A stretch of DNA of 64,000 nucleotides from Chiloscyllium plagiosum (lineage: Eukaryota): the NCBI RefSeq assembly GCF_004010195.1, contig NC_057756.1, positions 1,278,672 to 1,342,671 on the forward strand. Direction: 5' to 3'. The position numbers and the translations under genes are program-made. Positions 39,333 to 52,768 of this stretch are shown here, one piece after another; within the stretch, counting starts at the first letter, position 1; each line of letters begins with the position of its first letter. Below the pieces are notes generated by a model, which saw only the letters and a program-made list of their open reading frames with translations, had not been told where the DNA came from and did no database searches.

Positions 39333-40353
39333 CTGAAAATAAAATAGAAACACACCGTAGTCCGAAGTAATTGATAAGAAGCATGTATTTTTGATAAACA
39401 TACGTCCTACGCATTTTAATGTTTCATCCCAATTACTGAATTCAGGCTTAATTATATTTCTGCTTTGTCTTGCCCATTTTCAGTCTCCAAATCTTAAAAA
39501 GAAAGGATGCAGTGAAAGATGCCGTTAGCAGAATTAATAGGATGATGTCAGGATTATAGATCTGTAAATAGTTACTTTCGTAAAATAAAACTACTTCCTA
39601 ATTTCTTTTGCATTGGGTTTCATGCCATGCGTGTATTTCGTCCGGCTCCTTCTCATATGTCTGCTGTGGAGTAGTTATTTTGTCCCTATCCAAGAATACT
39701 TCAAACTTTGTAGAGCTATGATTGAGGATTACTCAAGCCTGAATATTCAAGGGAACGCAGTTTTATATATAAAAAACACTTAGCCTCAGTTTTTGTGTCG
39801 CTGTTTCAATTTTGCTCAATTTGCCTGTCGTATGCATTCTTCAATGCATTCCCGTCTTCAATGGGATTCAAAGGCGTTTAGGATTCCCACTGTAGAGCAT
39901 GTTCGGTGAATGTTAGGCGATGATATGCAACATATAGAATGATGGTTAGGGCACAGTGAAGTGAGGAAACTGCTGATAACAAGACTTGAGAGATGAACCA
40001 AGAAATAATTTTATCTTTGCACCTGTGTGTCTGTTCTTGTAGACGTATAAAGCAGTGTGTGTGTGTGCATGTTTTCGTGCATTTGTGTGACTGTGTGTAA
40101 CTGTGAGTTTTTGCATGCATGACTGTGTTTATATCTTGGAGATGGAAATGGAAGGTTATTGCTTGATGCTTTCTTGGAAGCCTATACATGGCTTAACAGA
40201 GACGTTGCCCGTAGGGTTTCAACAGTGTGCCTTTTTGCCTACGTTGAATTCTGAAGAAATTGACATTTTGAGTCGCTGCGTAGAGAAGGACATATTCTGC
40301 ACTTTGGGTCTTTTTTCCCCGACGAAGTATAGAAAGCAAAAAGACAAGATTAC

Positions 40354-40377
40354 CTGCTTCTTCTTGTGGGCTAATGA
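40354..40377 (-). CDS. Micro-exon, 24 nt (VISPQEEA)
   Basis: poly-T-gcAG|tcattagcccacaagaagaagcag|GTaatc; phase 1-1, open. Confidence 0.8.
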
Positions 40378-41929
40378 CTGCAAAAAAAAAAAATCACAAT
40401 CAGCAATTCGGTTTATACCTTTTGTCATGACATAGTGTCAAAGTAAAGAAAAAAAAGCGTTCTATCATTTATGCATCAACTATAAATGTTAACTGTGGTT
40501 CGCATCTTGATTTTTCACTAAGAAAATCATAGATTCATGGGTTTGAGGCTCCCGTGATAGTTATCAAGAGACTGTAGGAAATATCTTGTTGTCCTATGAT
40601 AAGATGTCAGATCAGAGGACTGTCTACAACTTACGGCATTTGAGAAGTTTAGTGAACATTATAATTGAGGATAAAGTAACATATTATGTGGTCTCAAAAT
40701 GTCTACCACAGTGGGTTAAGGTAAGAAATCGCTCACCTTAATGCTACTTATTGTGGAACAAATGTTGGCTAAAGCCGCAGTATTTTCAGTAATTGGGAAA
40801 CGAATGCATTTCTGTGACACAGATGATTTCCATCACAAAAAGTGATAGAGGCTATATCAAAAAGACAAATGGTGGTGATGGATTTGACAGCAAATGGGAT
40901 ATTGCTACATTACTGGATATTAGTTTGAATTCCACAGTTGCCAACCGTGCGATGTGAAATACACATATTCTTTAATAAAATAGCCTAAAGGCAACCAAGT
41001 AATCACTATTAATTATTACTAAAGACCCATCAAGTTCCTGAATTCCGTTTAGTGCAGAATTAGATGTTTGCTACCTCTTCTCATTTGTTTGACATGTGAT
41101 TGCAATCTCGAATTTCTCAACTGATATTCAGCAGCATTCAAATTCATGGACTCCAAAGAATGGAATGAAAACTGAACGAACAATCTGAAACTCACTTAGG
41201 CATCGAAAATGCAACAAAGATCAATAAGATCTAAGAATGATTTCATTCAAAATTAGAGGAAGTGTCGCATGGACTAATTCATTGACGGTCTGATGTAGTC
41301 ATACCCAAGGAATCAAAATGAACGATGTTTCAGGCATCACTATCACCATTCCCTGCATACATCACGCCCAGAGGTGGCAGCATAGTGACAGGGAGTAAGT
41401 TTTCCAGATAATCATCAACATTCTCTCAATGTCTAAAAAAAATTTCGTCATCAGTTCAAATATAAGATCAGAAAGCTTTTGCTGATAATCAACCACCTTC
41501 ATATGAAAGGACACCGAATTTACTCTGAGTGGTAAACTGCAATGCCCATCATTAAGTTTGACTTTGGAACATCAATGCTGTCTAAATCTGAGATAGGCAT
41601 AATCTTTTGTCAGGGTTTGTAGCAAATGGTGAGCGAAACAACACAAGGTAGAAAACCCACTTGACGTCATTCTCACCACTCAACTTGAAGTAGATGCATC
41701 TAATTATGACAATATGTGCAGCAATGATCACCTCAGCCCAGTCTTCATATTGAGGGTAAATTCCACCATGCAGTGTGGGATGAGCACCAATCTAAACTGG
41801 AAAGACTATAAGCAGATTTAACCAACTTACTGCTGGCATTCATTAGGCACTGTGGGCCATCAGCAGCAACAAAGTTCTATTCAAATATCCACAGACTCTT
41901 AGTCCGGCACATCCCTACGAGATAAAACA

Positions 41930-42535
41930 AAATCGCAATGTCGACTGTATACATACTTTGGTTTGTGTTCACAAAGGAACACATAAATAATTTAGCAGAA
42001 ATGTTGGAGAACACAGAGTTTTCGAAGAGGGAAGGTTTGAATGAAATGAGTATGAGTAGGGAAATGGCATTAGAGAAACAAATGGGATTGAGGCAACTAA
42101 ATCCTGAGGGCCTGATAATCAATATTCCACTGTATTTAAGGATGTAGCCATAGAAATATTCGACGCATTGGTGGTCACCGTTCATGATTCTACAGACTTT
42201 GCAACATTTTATACAAATTACAGGGTGGCCAAGCTGACGAAAAGGAGCCAAAGATAAAAGCAGTCAGTGTAACATCATAGTGGGAGAATGCTCAAGTCCA
42301 TTATAAAAAAAGTTAATGGCTGAGCATGTAGGAAATAATGGCAGGATAAATTAGTGTCAATATGAATTTACAAAAGGGAAGGAGCAATTTTCAAACTCAT
42401 TGGAATTATTTAAAGGTAGTTTTCATTGAGTTGATCAGGAGAAACCAGCTGATATATTTTATTTGGATTTTCAGAAGGCTCTTAGTAAAGTTTCATGTTT
42501 AGCCCATTAAACTGAAAGCACATGGGATTGACCGT
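41930..42535 (+). mobile_element. Old CR1 ORF2 remnant
   Basis: tttgtgttcacaaaggaa and tatttggattttcagaaggct (YLDFQKA) motifs. Confidence 0.7.
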
Positions 42536-42854
42536 CAAAATCTTCAGTGCTCAAGGAAGTATTTGGAAAATGGGATGCTTTTCGTGGGATCCCTGTATTA
42601 CCTATCTATTTGCATTTTTGACTGCTTGGTATGAACCAAGTAATAATTAAGTTACTCACTTCTTGCATACCAATAATACTTAGTTTTAAACTTTTTTTTT
42701 CTGACAGTTGTAGAGACTTAGTCCAGAAAAAAGCAAGATTCACCAGTTAATCAAATGGGAACTTTATTTTCTCTCTAAATTTAATCTCATGATGGCTCTC
42801 GTCATCGGCAGCTTCTGGCTAAAAAAGAACTTGCTGTTAGGAGACAAAAACGTT

Positions 42855-44890
42855 TTGTTCATTGGTTTGTTGGGGTGTGGGTGTCGCTGGCTGGCTAGCA
42901 TTTATTACCAATCCCTAGTTGCCCTTTCTAAGATGGTGGTGACTTACCTTCTTGAATCCCTGCAGTCCATCTGCTGTGGGTTCACACACAATGCCATTAG
43001 GGAGCAAATTTTAGAATTTTGACCTAGCGACAATGAAGGATTGGCAATACACTTCCAAGTCTGAATGATGAGTGGCTCGGAGGGGATATTGCAGAGGTGC
43101 TTTTCCCTTATATCTGCTGCCCTTGTCCTTCTATATGGAAGTGGTTGTGTGTTTGGAAGGTGCTGTCTGAGGATCTTTAGTGAATTTCTGCAGTGCATAT
43201 TGCAGATAGTACAAACTGCTGTTACTGAGCGTCGGTGGTGGATGGAGTGAATGCTTGCAGATATAGCACCAAGAAAGCCTACTTCTTCATCCTGGATGGT
43301 GTCAAGCTTCTTAAGTGTTGTTGGGGCTGCGCTCATCCAGGCAACTGGAGAGGATTCGATCACACTCCTGACTTGCACCTTGTAGATAGTGGACAGGCCC
43401 TGGTGAGTCAGGAGGTGAGTTGCTCACTGCAGTATACGTAGCCTTTGACCTGGTCTTAGAGCCATTACGCTTATGTAGTGAGTTCAGCTGAGTTTCTGTT
43501 CAATGGTAACTCACAGGATGTTGATAATGGAGGATTCAGAGATGGGAACACCATTAAATGTCAAGCAGCAGTGGTTAAATTGCCTCTGTTTGTTGATGGT
43601 CATAATGATGCATTTGTGTGGGCTCAAATGTTCCTTGCCACTTGTCAGGCCAAGAATGGACATTGTCAAGATTTTGTTGCATTTTAGACATAGACGGCTT
43701 CAGTGTCTGAGGAGTTGTAAATAGTTGTGTTGTGCGATCATCGGCAAACATCCCCACTTCTGATGTTATGATTGAGGTAAGGTCATTAATGAAGCAGCTG
43801 AAGATTTTTATTGCTAGGACACTACGCTGAGTAACTCCTGCAGTTATATCCTGCAGTCTAATAACTGACCTCCAACAACCACGACCATCTTCCTATGTGT
43901 CACTTGTACAATTTTCTACATTTTCGGATAGATGCTAGTGCTGAAACAGCTTGGCTAGGGGACTGGCAAGTTGTGAAGTACAAGTCTTCAGTATTATTGC
44001 TGGAATATTTTCAGGGTTCATGGTCTTTGCAGTATCCAATGTCCCCAACTGTTTCTTGACATCATGTGGAGTGAATCAAATTGTCTGAAGACTGGCATCT
44101 CTAATGGTGGGGACTACTGGAGAAGGCTGAGATGGGTCATCCACTTGTCATTTATGGCTGAAGATAGATGCAAAACCTTTTGCACTGATGTGCTATGCTC
44201 TTCTATTATTGACGATGGGATACTTCTCCTACAATGAGTTGTTTAATCATCCACTAACATTCATGACTGGATGTGACAAGACTGCAGAGATTAGAGTTGA
44301 TTTGTTGGTTGCAGGAGCGCTTAGCTCCGTCTATCACTTGCTACCTATGCTGTTTGGCATGCAAGTAGTCCTGTATGGTGGCTTCACCAGTTTGATACTT
44401 CATCTTCAGTTATGCCTGGTGCTGCTCCTGGCATGTCAACCTGCCATCTTGCTGAAGCAGGGTTGATCCCCTGGCTTGATAGTAATAGTTAAGTGGTGGA
44501 TATGCCAGGCAAAAGGTTACAGATTATACTGAAGTACAATTCTGCTGCTGTTGATGACACACAGCGCCTCATGGATGCCCAGTCTCGAGTTGCTAGATAT
44601 GTTCAATATTTCCCCCATTGTGTACAGTGATAGTGCCACACAACACGATGGAAGTTATTTCCAATGTGAAGGCGGCACTTCATTTACACAAGGACTGTCC
44701 GGTCGTCACTCTTGCTGAAGCTGTTACGTGCAGATGCATTTGTAGCTGTCAGATTGGTAAGAATGAGGTCAAGTGTGATTTTACAACTTGTTGGTTCCGT
44801 TATCACCTGCCTCAGACACAGTTTAGCATCAATATCCTTTAGGACCTGAACAGCTCCATCAGTAGTACAGCCGCTGAGCCACACTGTGCT
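42855..44890 (-). mobile_element. Decayed LINE of a second CR1/L2-type family
   Basis: ORF 43575..43757 begins GMFADD. ORF 42944..43378 (QVRSVIESSPVAWMSAAPTTLKKLDTIQ) is RT C-terminal, and ORF 44684..44956 (LRQVITEPT...TLDLILTN) is an endonuclease remnant. Confidence 0.85.
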
Positions 44891-46802
44891 AAACAATGTG
44901 TTTGTGTCTACATTGAAAGGATATTTAGAAGTAAAAGCATAATGAACATATTGCATTGGTCAGAAGTACATTTAAATCCATGTAATTTTGAATTCAATGG
45001 ACTATTGAATTAAAAAAGTCAATAAACAAACTTAAATAATTGATCCACTGCAACTCATGTTCTCGCTGACGAAGACTGTAATGATATTTTCTGACTGACT
45101 TGAATGTGAATTTACTCTTGCAGTAATGAATAGGCCTTAAGAATGGTAAGGTAAATCTTGTTACATACTGCAACGTCCATGGAGGTCTTCAAGTTCTGAA
45201 AATATTTAAAAATGACAAGAACTCAGATGAATGAACTTGCACACACGTACCTTCCAGGAGCTCATGGTGCACCAATTTGGTACAAAGAAAATCCGTGTTT
45301 AATATAATTGATAGTTTTGCCTCTTCGGGAACCAATTTGGCAAGTGTTCGGCCAGATAATGGAAACACCAGAGTGCTGTCCAGGATGGCAATAAATATTT
45401 TATGCCAAGTGGTTAAGTTAATTGGGTTGTTGCTTTCTAAAGTTGAAGTAAATGATTGTGATTTCCTGGAATCTTTTAAGATCGCTATCCAGCAGAGCAG
45501 TTTAGATGTTGCGAAAATTTGTTACTCAAACAGCCATGCTTGAACAAAAGGCTATTGCTTTGGAATGTGAACCTGATGATTAAAAAAAAACAACTGATTT
45601 TGCTTTCGCTCAGAGGGAATTGAATCGTCTGATGCAAAACCTGTAGATGCTCAGTCACTTTCAGTGCCATAAAGAAATTGTACAGGACTCACGAGAGGAC
45701 AACAGTAATGATCATAGGTAATAAAATAAGAAATTGAAGTCAAATATCAGATACAGATTTACTGAATGATGCACGATGTTTTATCCACATCAAATTTCTT
45801 GTTTTCTTTAGAGAAAAAAAATGTTATGCTTAACTGATCTGTAACAAGCATGATAGCTGTCAGGCAGCACTCTAAGCTGCTTTCTGCAATACCTTAATGT
45901 GCTACTCAGTCCAAGGCCAATTACGGGTAAGCAACAAAGTGCATGAAAGTATCGATATGAAGTATAATACTGATGCTGTGTTCGTTCAGTGTAATTTGAA
46001 TATTGAGGCCACTTTGACACATATGCCTGAGAATACTGGAACTTGCTTTTATATCAAGGTATCATTTAGAAAGTAATTTATTGAGCCCAGTGCTGAATCT
46101 CAACAACAATCATAAAAACTGTAATTGCTGGGATGCAGTTAACAAATAAACAAATAAAGTTGTGTTAAAGGTCAACTGCAGAATGGCAATCGAGCATATG
46201 GGAATAAAATGGTTTGCTTGTGTTCTCAATATTTCCCTATCAAAATCCTGCAATTTAGCCAGTGGTGAGTGAACATTTCTGGAAATGATTTCATTCTTAG
46301 TAAATTTCAATCTTTAAAAACAAATTCCTTATCATTAGGGTGAAGTTAGTTTAAATCAATGAAGCCACGTTAAAAAAAAATAGGGACATTAAAACAAACA
46401 AACGTGTGAGGCAGTTTGGTCCACTGTGTTCAGACCATCCTGAAAGTTTTCCAGTTTAAACCTATCACTTAGGTCTTCCTCTTTTTCTCTGTTAGTTATG
46501 AAAGGTCAACTACTTCCTTCTTTTCTGTGAAAATGGGTTCCATATTTTATACCATTCAGGTCAGGGATCTTCGAACTGTTAGCATGTGGTAACCTTCTGG
46601 CAATTGCTTTACATCAACACCCATTCCTCATCTAACGAAACAAATTCAGAAATTTACTCGATCTGGCCTAATCATACACCTCCAATAATGTATTTATTTT
46701 GTCCCTCTGGCCAAAAGCACTGAACAGGCGCAATGTATGCCTGAAACTCACAATTGTATGTTCTGATTACGCCAACATAAATTGAACATGATCAATAGTT
46801 AC

Positions 46803-46829
46803 CTATAGTTTTTTTTCGCAATTGTTCCT
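46803..46829 (-). CDS. Micro-exon, 27 nt (EEQLRKKTI)
   Basis: aatctgttttacAG|aggaacaattgcgaaaaaaaactatag|GTaact; phase 1-1. Confidence 0.8.
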   Translation of the reverse strand, partial: RNNCEKKL

Positions 46830-47114
46830 CTGTAAAACAGATTTAGCAAAATTTGCGATGAAAAAATAGGAAAATACTGTGAACGTGCAAATGTCACCAT
46901 TTGTTGTGAGAAAGAAGCAGTGAATGCAACAAAACTAGACAGGTAGAAAAATAGAAATGGAGAAAAAGATATCTGTGAACTCAATACAGAAAATGACCCA
47001 GAAGTCTTTTAATTTATATATCACATTTCATCAGTTTGATGATGCTTCTGCCATATAAGAAGTCTTCATGTTGTGTTGATTAAAAATGAATTTGGGAATT
47101 TCATTCCCCATTAC

Positions 47115-47150
47115 CTTTCTCTTGTAGATCTTGTTTTAGGGTTTCGAGTT
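47115..47150 (-). CDS. Micro-exon, 36 nt (ELETLKQDLQEK)
   Basis: actttctttttcAG|aactcgaaaccctaaaacaagatctacaagagaaag|GTaatg; phase 1-1, clear heptad pattern. Confidence 0.88.
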
Positions 47151-49169
47151 CTGAAAAAGAAAGTGACAGCCTACTTATGGAGTTTCCTTCAAGATCTTTG
47201 CATTTGCGAGCTTTCACAACAAATTATGCACTTTTCAAGTCTACTTATGCTTGGAGGATATGAAATAGGGAAGCCAGTTGATAACAGCAACACCCAGTAA
47301 TCATGTGACAATTACCAATTCGCCCACTCTCATTTTCTAAGATATAGATGATAGGTAGTACCATTAATAATTACTATTCGTGTAAAATTATGCCTCTTGG
47401 TTTGAAAGTTACCAATTATACGACAGCACAACAATGCAAAATACTGCAGAAACTTAACAGGTCTAGCAGCCTCTATAGATATACAAATAATGCGGCGATT
47501 TTATTCTTTAATCTTCATCAGGTTAGAGAGTAGATGGTATATCTTGTGAACCATTTCATTGGAAAGATTAATCTCAAATAATATAAACGACCTTGTCACA
47601 CATCATTGCAAAACGAAATAGCTACCTACAGAACTGATGCTTATGTCAAGACCTTTGGAGCTACAAATATAATTGAAGTATATGATGGATGGCACACGTC
47701 AGTCATTGCGAGCAATTGGAGAATCTATTTGTCTTCTGCTTCGAATAGAGAAGGTTAAACTGATTTGATATATGTTACAAGAGATGGAGCAGTTTAGATA
47801 TGGCGAATGCTGGTGGGTGGCTGTAGGAAGAAAGTAAGATAATTGATAAAACAATGCTTTGCGAGCTAAAGGTGGATTGGACTTCATAGTCTCGCAGTAA
47901 TCTACTTCTACACTTATCCATTGTAAAATACCCTTCCATAATCAAAACGAGCCACAAAATGGTATAGAAAGCATAGAATTAAAAAATAACTTCTGAGAAC
48001 CGGAGAAAGAAAAAAAAAGAGAAAATTCATCAACGAGGCTAGCAGAAATCAGTTGTCATATGCCAAACATCCGTTAAATAATATTTGGTGTCCAAATTAA
48101 CATAAAGAATAGGGAAGTGAAATGTGTGAGTTCACAAAGAGTGAGAAAGGGAGAGAGAATATTGAATATCTCATAAAAATGGCGGTAATGATCTTAATTT
48201 CTGCATCGCACTCTTCTGGCTGTTAATGAATATAGCAATTGGAGATTGATGTATTGCTGGATAAATGGTCCACAACAGTTGCATTGGTATGCTATATTTT
48301 CAGTGTATTAGGAGGGGCAAGGAGTTGTGTGTTATTTCAGAAGATCTGAACATCACTGGTTGTGCCATCATTTCTTGTCCATCTGTGCTTGCAGTTCAGA
48401 TCGTGTTGATGAGTCAACTTCTTGAATTGCTGCAGTACATTTGAAATGGAAACAAACAGTGTTGTTGGAGAGGAGATCCAGGATGATCAAAAACGTTTTC
48501 TTATCCATGTTTCAGTAACATTCTATGCTCCCTGATTTATATTATTTCAATTTGCATTCAGAAAATTAGTTCCTCCACTACAGGAACTGAAACATTTCTA
48601 AATGACTGCAAAAAAATACAAATTTATTTATTGCCCTTATAACTTTCATTGTCAAGCATGCCATTCTATGTTTCTTTTCTGCTGCTTACTTCATCAACAG
48701 ACATGCATTGTTTTTTGACTTGCAGTTTTAAAGAGTGATCAATTTCCGATCAAATAATTACTATGCTTGGAAGTCTTTCAAGGAGAGCATTTATTCCCTT
48801 TTCTGTGCCAAATGGCCAACTTCGAACTTTGAAATTCAGGTCTCAATTCTTGAATCTTTAGTCAGGACTTACACCTGTTCACATGCATTGTCTCACTTTT
48901 TATTTCAGAATTACACACGCTTCAATTATTCAATTGTTTTATCTGGTACTTCTAATTTCTAGGTAAAATTAGTATTTGTTCAACCAACAGCAACCTCAAA
49001 ATCCCCACAATAAGGATCGTGTCTTGCATTTAATTCTATTGATCTTAACCTGATCTCTCTCTAATGCAGTTCCATCTTTCTGATGTTAACTAAACAGAAC
49101 TGTACATGGAACCCCTCAAAGGTTGTTGCCTGATTCTAAACTCTTCACACCAATGTCCATCAACACCTG

Positions 49170-49195
49170 TGCATGTGCGTGTGTGTGTGTTTGTT

Positions 49196-49241
<46 letters not shown>

Positions 49242-49297
49242 ACGTGAGAGAGAGAGAGAGAGAGAGAGAGAAAGAAGGAGAGAGAGAGAGAGAGAGT
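49170..49297 (+). repeat. Compound (TG)n/(GA)n microsatellite
   Basis: Directly visible dinucleotide runs. Confidence 0.95.
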
Positions 49298-49299
49298 GT

Positions 49300-50310
49300 A
49301 GCGAAATCAAAGTTAACCTTTTGGGCCCAGTGACCTCTTCAGTACTGATGGAAGCTTGGAAAAAGCTTGCTTTATGCAGGAGATAGGGTGTGTTGAGGGG
49401 ACAAATGATGAACGATAGATGGAGATAGAGCTCAAAGAGACAGAATAACAATTGGACAGATAAAGGAGCAGATAACGGCCAGCTGAGGAGAATGAATATC
49501 TGCTAACGGGGCGTATTTGTAACTAACAACGTGTTGTGTGGAAGGACAAAACATACAAGCAATGGTGTGTCGAGGTTTGATTAAAGACATGGGAGAAAAT
49601 GCTTTAAGCCTTGAAATTGTTGTTGAGTCCAGAAAGCTATTGAGATCCCAAGCATAAAATAAGGAGCTGTTCTTCTAGCTTGTGCTGAGCTGCACTGGAA
49701 CACAATGGCAAGTCTGAGACAGAAATGTTGGCCAGAGAACAAGGTGGCATCTTGAAGTGACAGGCAACTGGATGCTCAGGATCTTTTTAACGGACAGAAT
49801 GTAAGTGTCGTGCAAAGTGATAGCCTGGTCTATGCTCCATTTTCTTCAAACAACATTGTGAGAAGCGAATGCATTAGACTAGGTTGAGTTTTGTGCAGGT
49901 AAAACACTACATCACTTCGAAGGTGTGTTTGAGCTCTTGTAAACTGAGGAGTCAGGAAGTAAATGTGCAGGTGTTGCACCCTTTTTTGGTTGCAGCAGAA
50001 GGTATTATGAAACTGTGGAGGAGGGCCGAGCATGCTAAGAGTGAAGCAGGAGTGAATCAGGATGTCAGGGAAGGAGCAACCTTTGTGGAAGACTAACAAG
50101 GTAGAGGAGGGAAATATATATCTGGTAGACTTGACTGAGGGCCTATCAACTATGGTGGTGTGAAATCTTGATTTCCGAAAGAAGGTGGACATTTTGCAGT
50201 CCTCTTGTCGAAGTTGGCATCATTATAGCAGAAGCATAACATAACGGAGATGGAAGAAGTGGGAGAATGGAATAGATGCTTTACAGGAAGCGATTTTATT
50301 CCTGTTTGGT
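49300..50310 (-). mobile_element. Decayed Penelope-like element (Cys-rich linker/GIY-YIG region and pLTR)
   Basis: Minus-strand remnants MSTFFRK...NTFCCNQKR resemble PLE endonuclease-region sequence. The pLTR carries a decayed hammerhead ctgaagaggtcactgggcccaaaaggttaac at about 49312-49342. Confidence 0.7.
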
Positions 50311-51245
50311 TTTGATCATCATCCACGCTAAGTTACTGCAAGCAATGAACAACCATACCCAGATCTTCGTTAAAATCGAAGCCTCGCATGTAAATTTATT
50401 TTTATATTCGTGGTTTCCTCATGGGATCACTGCACAACTTGCAACGTTGTATTTTGCAACGAGGTACTTCCCCATTGAGACAACCTTTCAATTCCTTTGA
50501 CCAATCCCATTCTTTTTTCTCTGCACTCTTTACATTTGCAACTTAGTTGCTATAAGTTCAACATTGGATACAGTACACCAAATTCCCTTATTTAACGTTC
50601 ACTGTGAACAACTGGGAATGAATACTGATCCTTGTGAAATATCACTCGTCATCACTTACTAAATCGAAACGACCCATCCAGTCCTACTTGCCAACCTTTG
50701 GCAGTTCTGGACTCCTCAATTCAAGTAAACTCATTAGTCTCAATCGCATGATTCCTAAATTTCAGTATGGTTCTGAAAATCATAATTCCTTTTCGCGAAC
50801 CTTTTAAACTCACAACTACTTTTAACATATACATTTGCAAAACGTTTATTTTTAATGCACTTTTTTTGTTACAAATGATTTCTGATGAACTTGTACATTA
50901 TGTTCAGTGCTCTGTCTCCCTTCTCATCAGTTCTATGGATACCTAAACTCACATGGCAATTCAGTGATCAAAAGAATTTTGGAAGTAGAATTGTAATGCA
51001 TCAGCTCCCATATGCCCCGTTACTCGTACAATACATTTTTATCTCCATTAACAAAATCGAGGTCTTGCCAATTGGAGGTATCTCAACATTACCAAAAGTG
51101 GGTAACGTGACAATGCATAGCTCATCTGACGCCATTCTGTGAACTCAAGGCATCTTATCCTACCTGCTTGGAAGTTCCTGCTCAGAAATGCATTTGCCAA
51201 TATGCAGCCAATGATATAGAGCCAGAAATTAATTCATTTTCTTAC

Positions 51246-51272
51246 CATGCAGTTGGGAAGCTTGCTTTTCTT
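51246..51272 (-). CDS. Micro-exon, 27 nt (EEKQASQLH)
   Basis: cttttattttttgtAG|aagaaaagcaagcttcccaactgcatg|GTaaga; phase 1-1. Confidence 0.85.
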
Positions 51273-52281
51273 CTACAAAAAATAAAAGCTTCATATCAAT
51301 GTGACGGAGTACCTGTATATATTAAAATACATTATGCTTTCTCTCTTAAGGAATTTTTTTTAGTTTCATAGACTCATTAATTTATTAAAATAAACACAAA
51401 GTTCCTCCTCCCTTTTCCCTATGAAAATACAGATTAATATGTGCGAATATATGTCAAGTTCGCATTCAATGTTTTCTTTAATCTACTTTTATTGCCCTTG
51501 CTCTTCCACACCACCACCCCCTCCAAAATCTGACCAATTAGGACAATAAGAACAATTGGAACAGTTATTGAGGACTAGGTGGTTTTTAGGGGATCAGAGG
51601 ATTTTCTTTATACCCAGAAATATGGAAGACACTGCCTGAACGGATGTTGGAGGCATGCACTCTCGCAATATTTAAGACATATCTGGATGGAAATTTAAAG
51701 TGTCAGGTTATAGTGGCTATGGACGAGTTGTAGGTAAATAGGATTAGTGCAGTTTGATAGTTACTGGTTGCATAGATATGGTTGTCTGAAGGGCAAGTTT
51801 CTGCACTGCATGAATCTATTACTATCAATGAGTACATTATTGTCTATGGAGTACTAAACGTCTTGCCAGGCTAACATGTCTCTGCATCTACCCAATCAAC
51901 CTCCCCACAAATGGAAACACCTCGCTTAATCCACCTCTTCCTCTTCACATCCTCCAAATGCAACTTCAACCCTACTTTCCCGAAACTGATCTTTTGAATC
52001 TGTCTGCGTGCTGTTGAAGTCATTTCCATTATTTCATTGTAGTGGCCGAAGTTTACGGCACTACACCAGCTGATGGCTGATGCACAAGAGAGGCTTCACA
52101 GCAGAAGTCTTTTGTGTATACTGAGTATGCCTCGATCTATGATGACAGATGACGAATGGGCATCAAAACAGTTTATTATCCTCGTTATAGTTATTTAGCT
52201 TCATGGCCGCGACATTAATGCTCGTATATATGCAGTATCTGGCAAATACTTTCTCACCAAGCAATTTGCATGTTTACTTAC

Positions 52282-52308
52282 CGTTCTGCTTTTCAAAGAG
52301 TTTTCCTT
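52282..52308 (-). CDS. Micro-exon, 27 nt (EGKLFEKQN)
   Basis: aattttaataaacAG|aaggaaaactctttgaaaagcagaacg|GTaagt; consensus donor, pyrimidine-poor acceptor; phase 1-1. Confidence 0.75.
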
Positions 52309-52732
52309 CTGTTTATTAAAATTATATTTTAGTATTCCGCGTAGGCAATCACATTACCACTATTCTGTACCATCTCGCTTTCAGTATATGAAGCTATTTC
52401 TGTTTGTATGATTAGCCTTGCTGTTTGGAAGAAAGACAAACGGGAATATTCCATGATCTGTAAACAAGGAACAAATTCCTTTTTTTTAACCATTATGAAA
52501 TTTGGCTGGTATTATGGAACATATCCATTGAACCAAGTGTTGACTACCTATGGGTTTCATAGAAGATATATTTATTTCAACAAATATCCATAACATAAAT
52601 AATGCCTACTTCGTTTTGTAATCTCAGTACTTCTAAGCATTTTAAACTACTGATGGTGATGTATCTCCCAGCGCTGGTTAGGCAACGTCTGAATATTATA
52701 GATGTTTCCTTCATTTTCAGTCTGCTGCTCAC

Positions 52733-52768
52733 CTGCATATTCAAGATCGTCTCTTAGCTTTGCCATCT
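52733..52768 (-). CDS. Micro-exon, 36 nt (EMAKLRDDLEYA)
   Basis: tctaatcttcccataccAG|agatggcaaagctaagagacgatcttgaatatgcag|GTgagc; phase 1-1, heptad pattern. Confidence 0.88.

Noticed and set aside
40737..40768. AG..GTGAGC-bounded minus-strand segment
   Set aside because: 32 nt, not a multiple of 3; it would frameshift the chain.
49106..49451. ORFs with VC/RE or HT/SL repeats
   Set aside because: These are translations of the (TG)n/(GA)n microsatellite.
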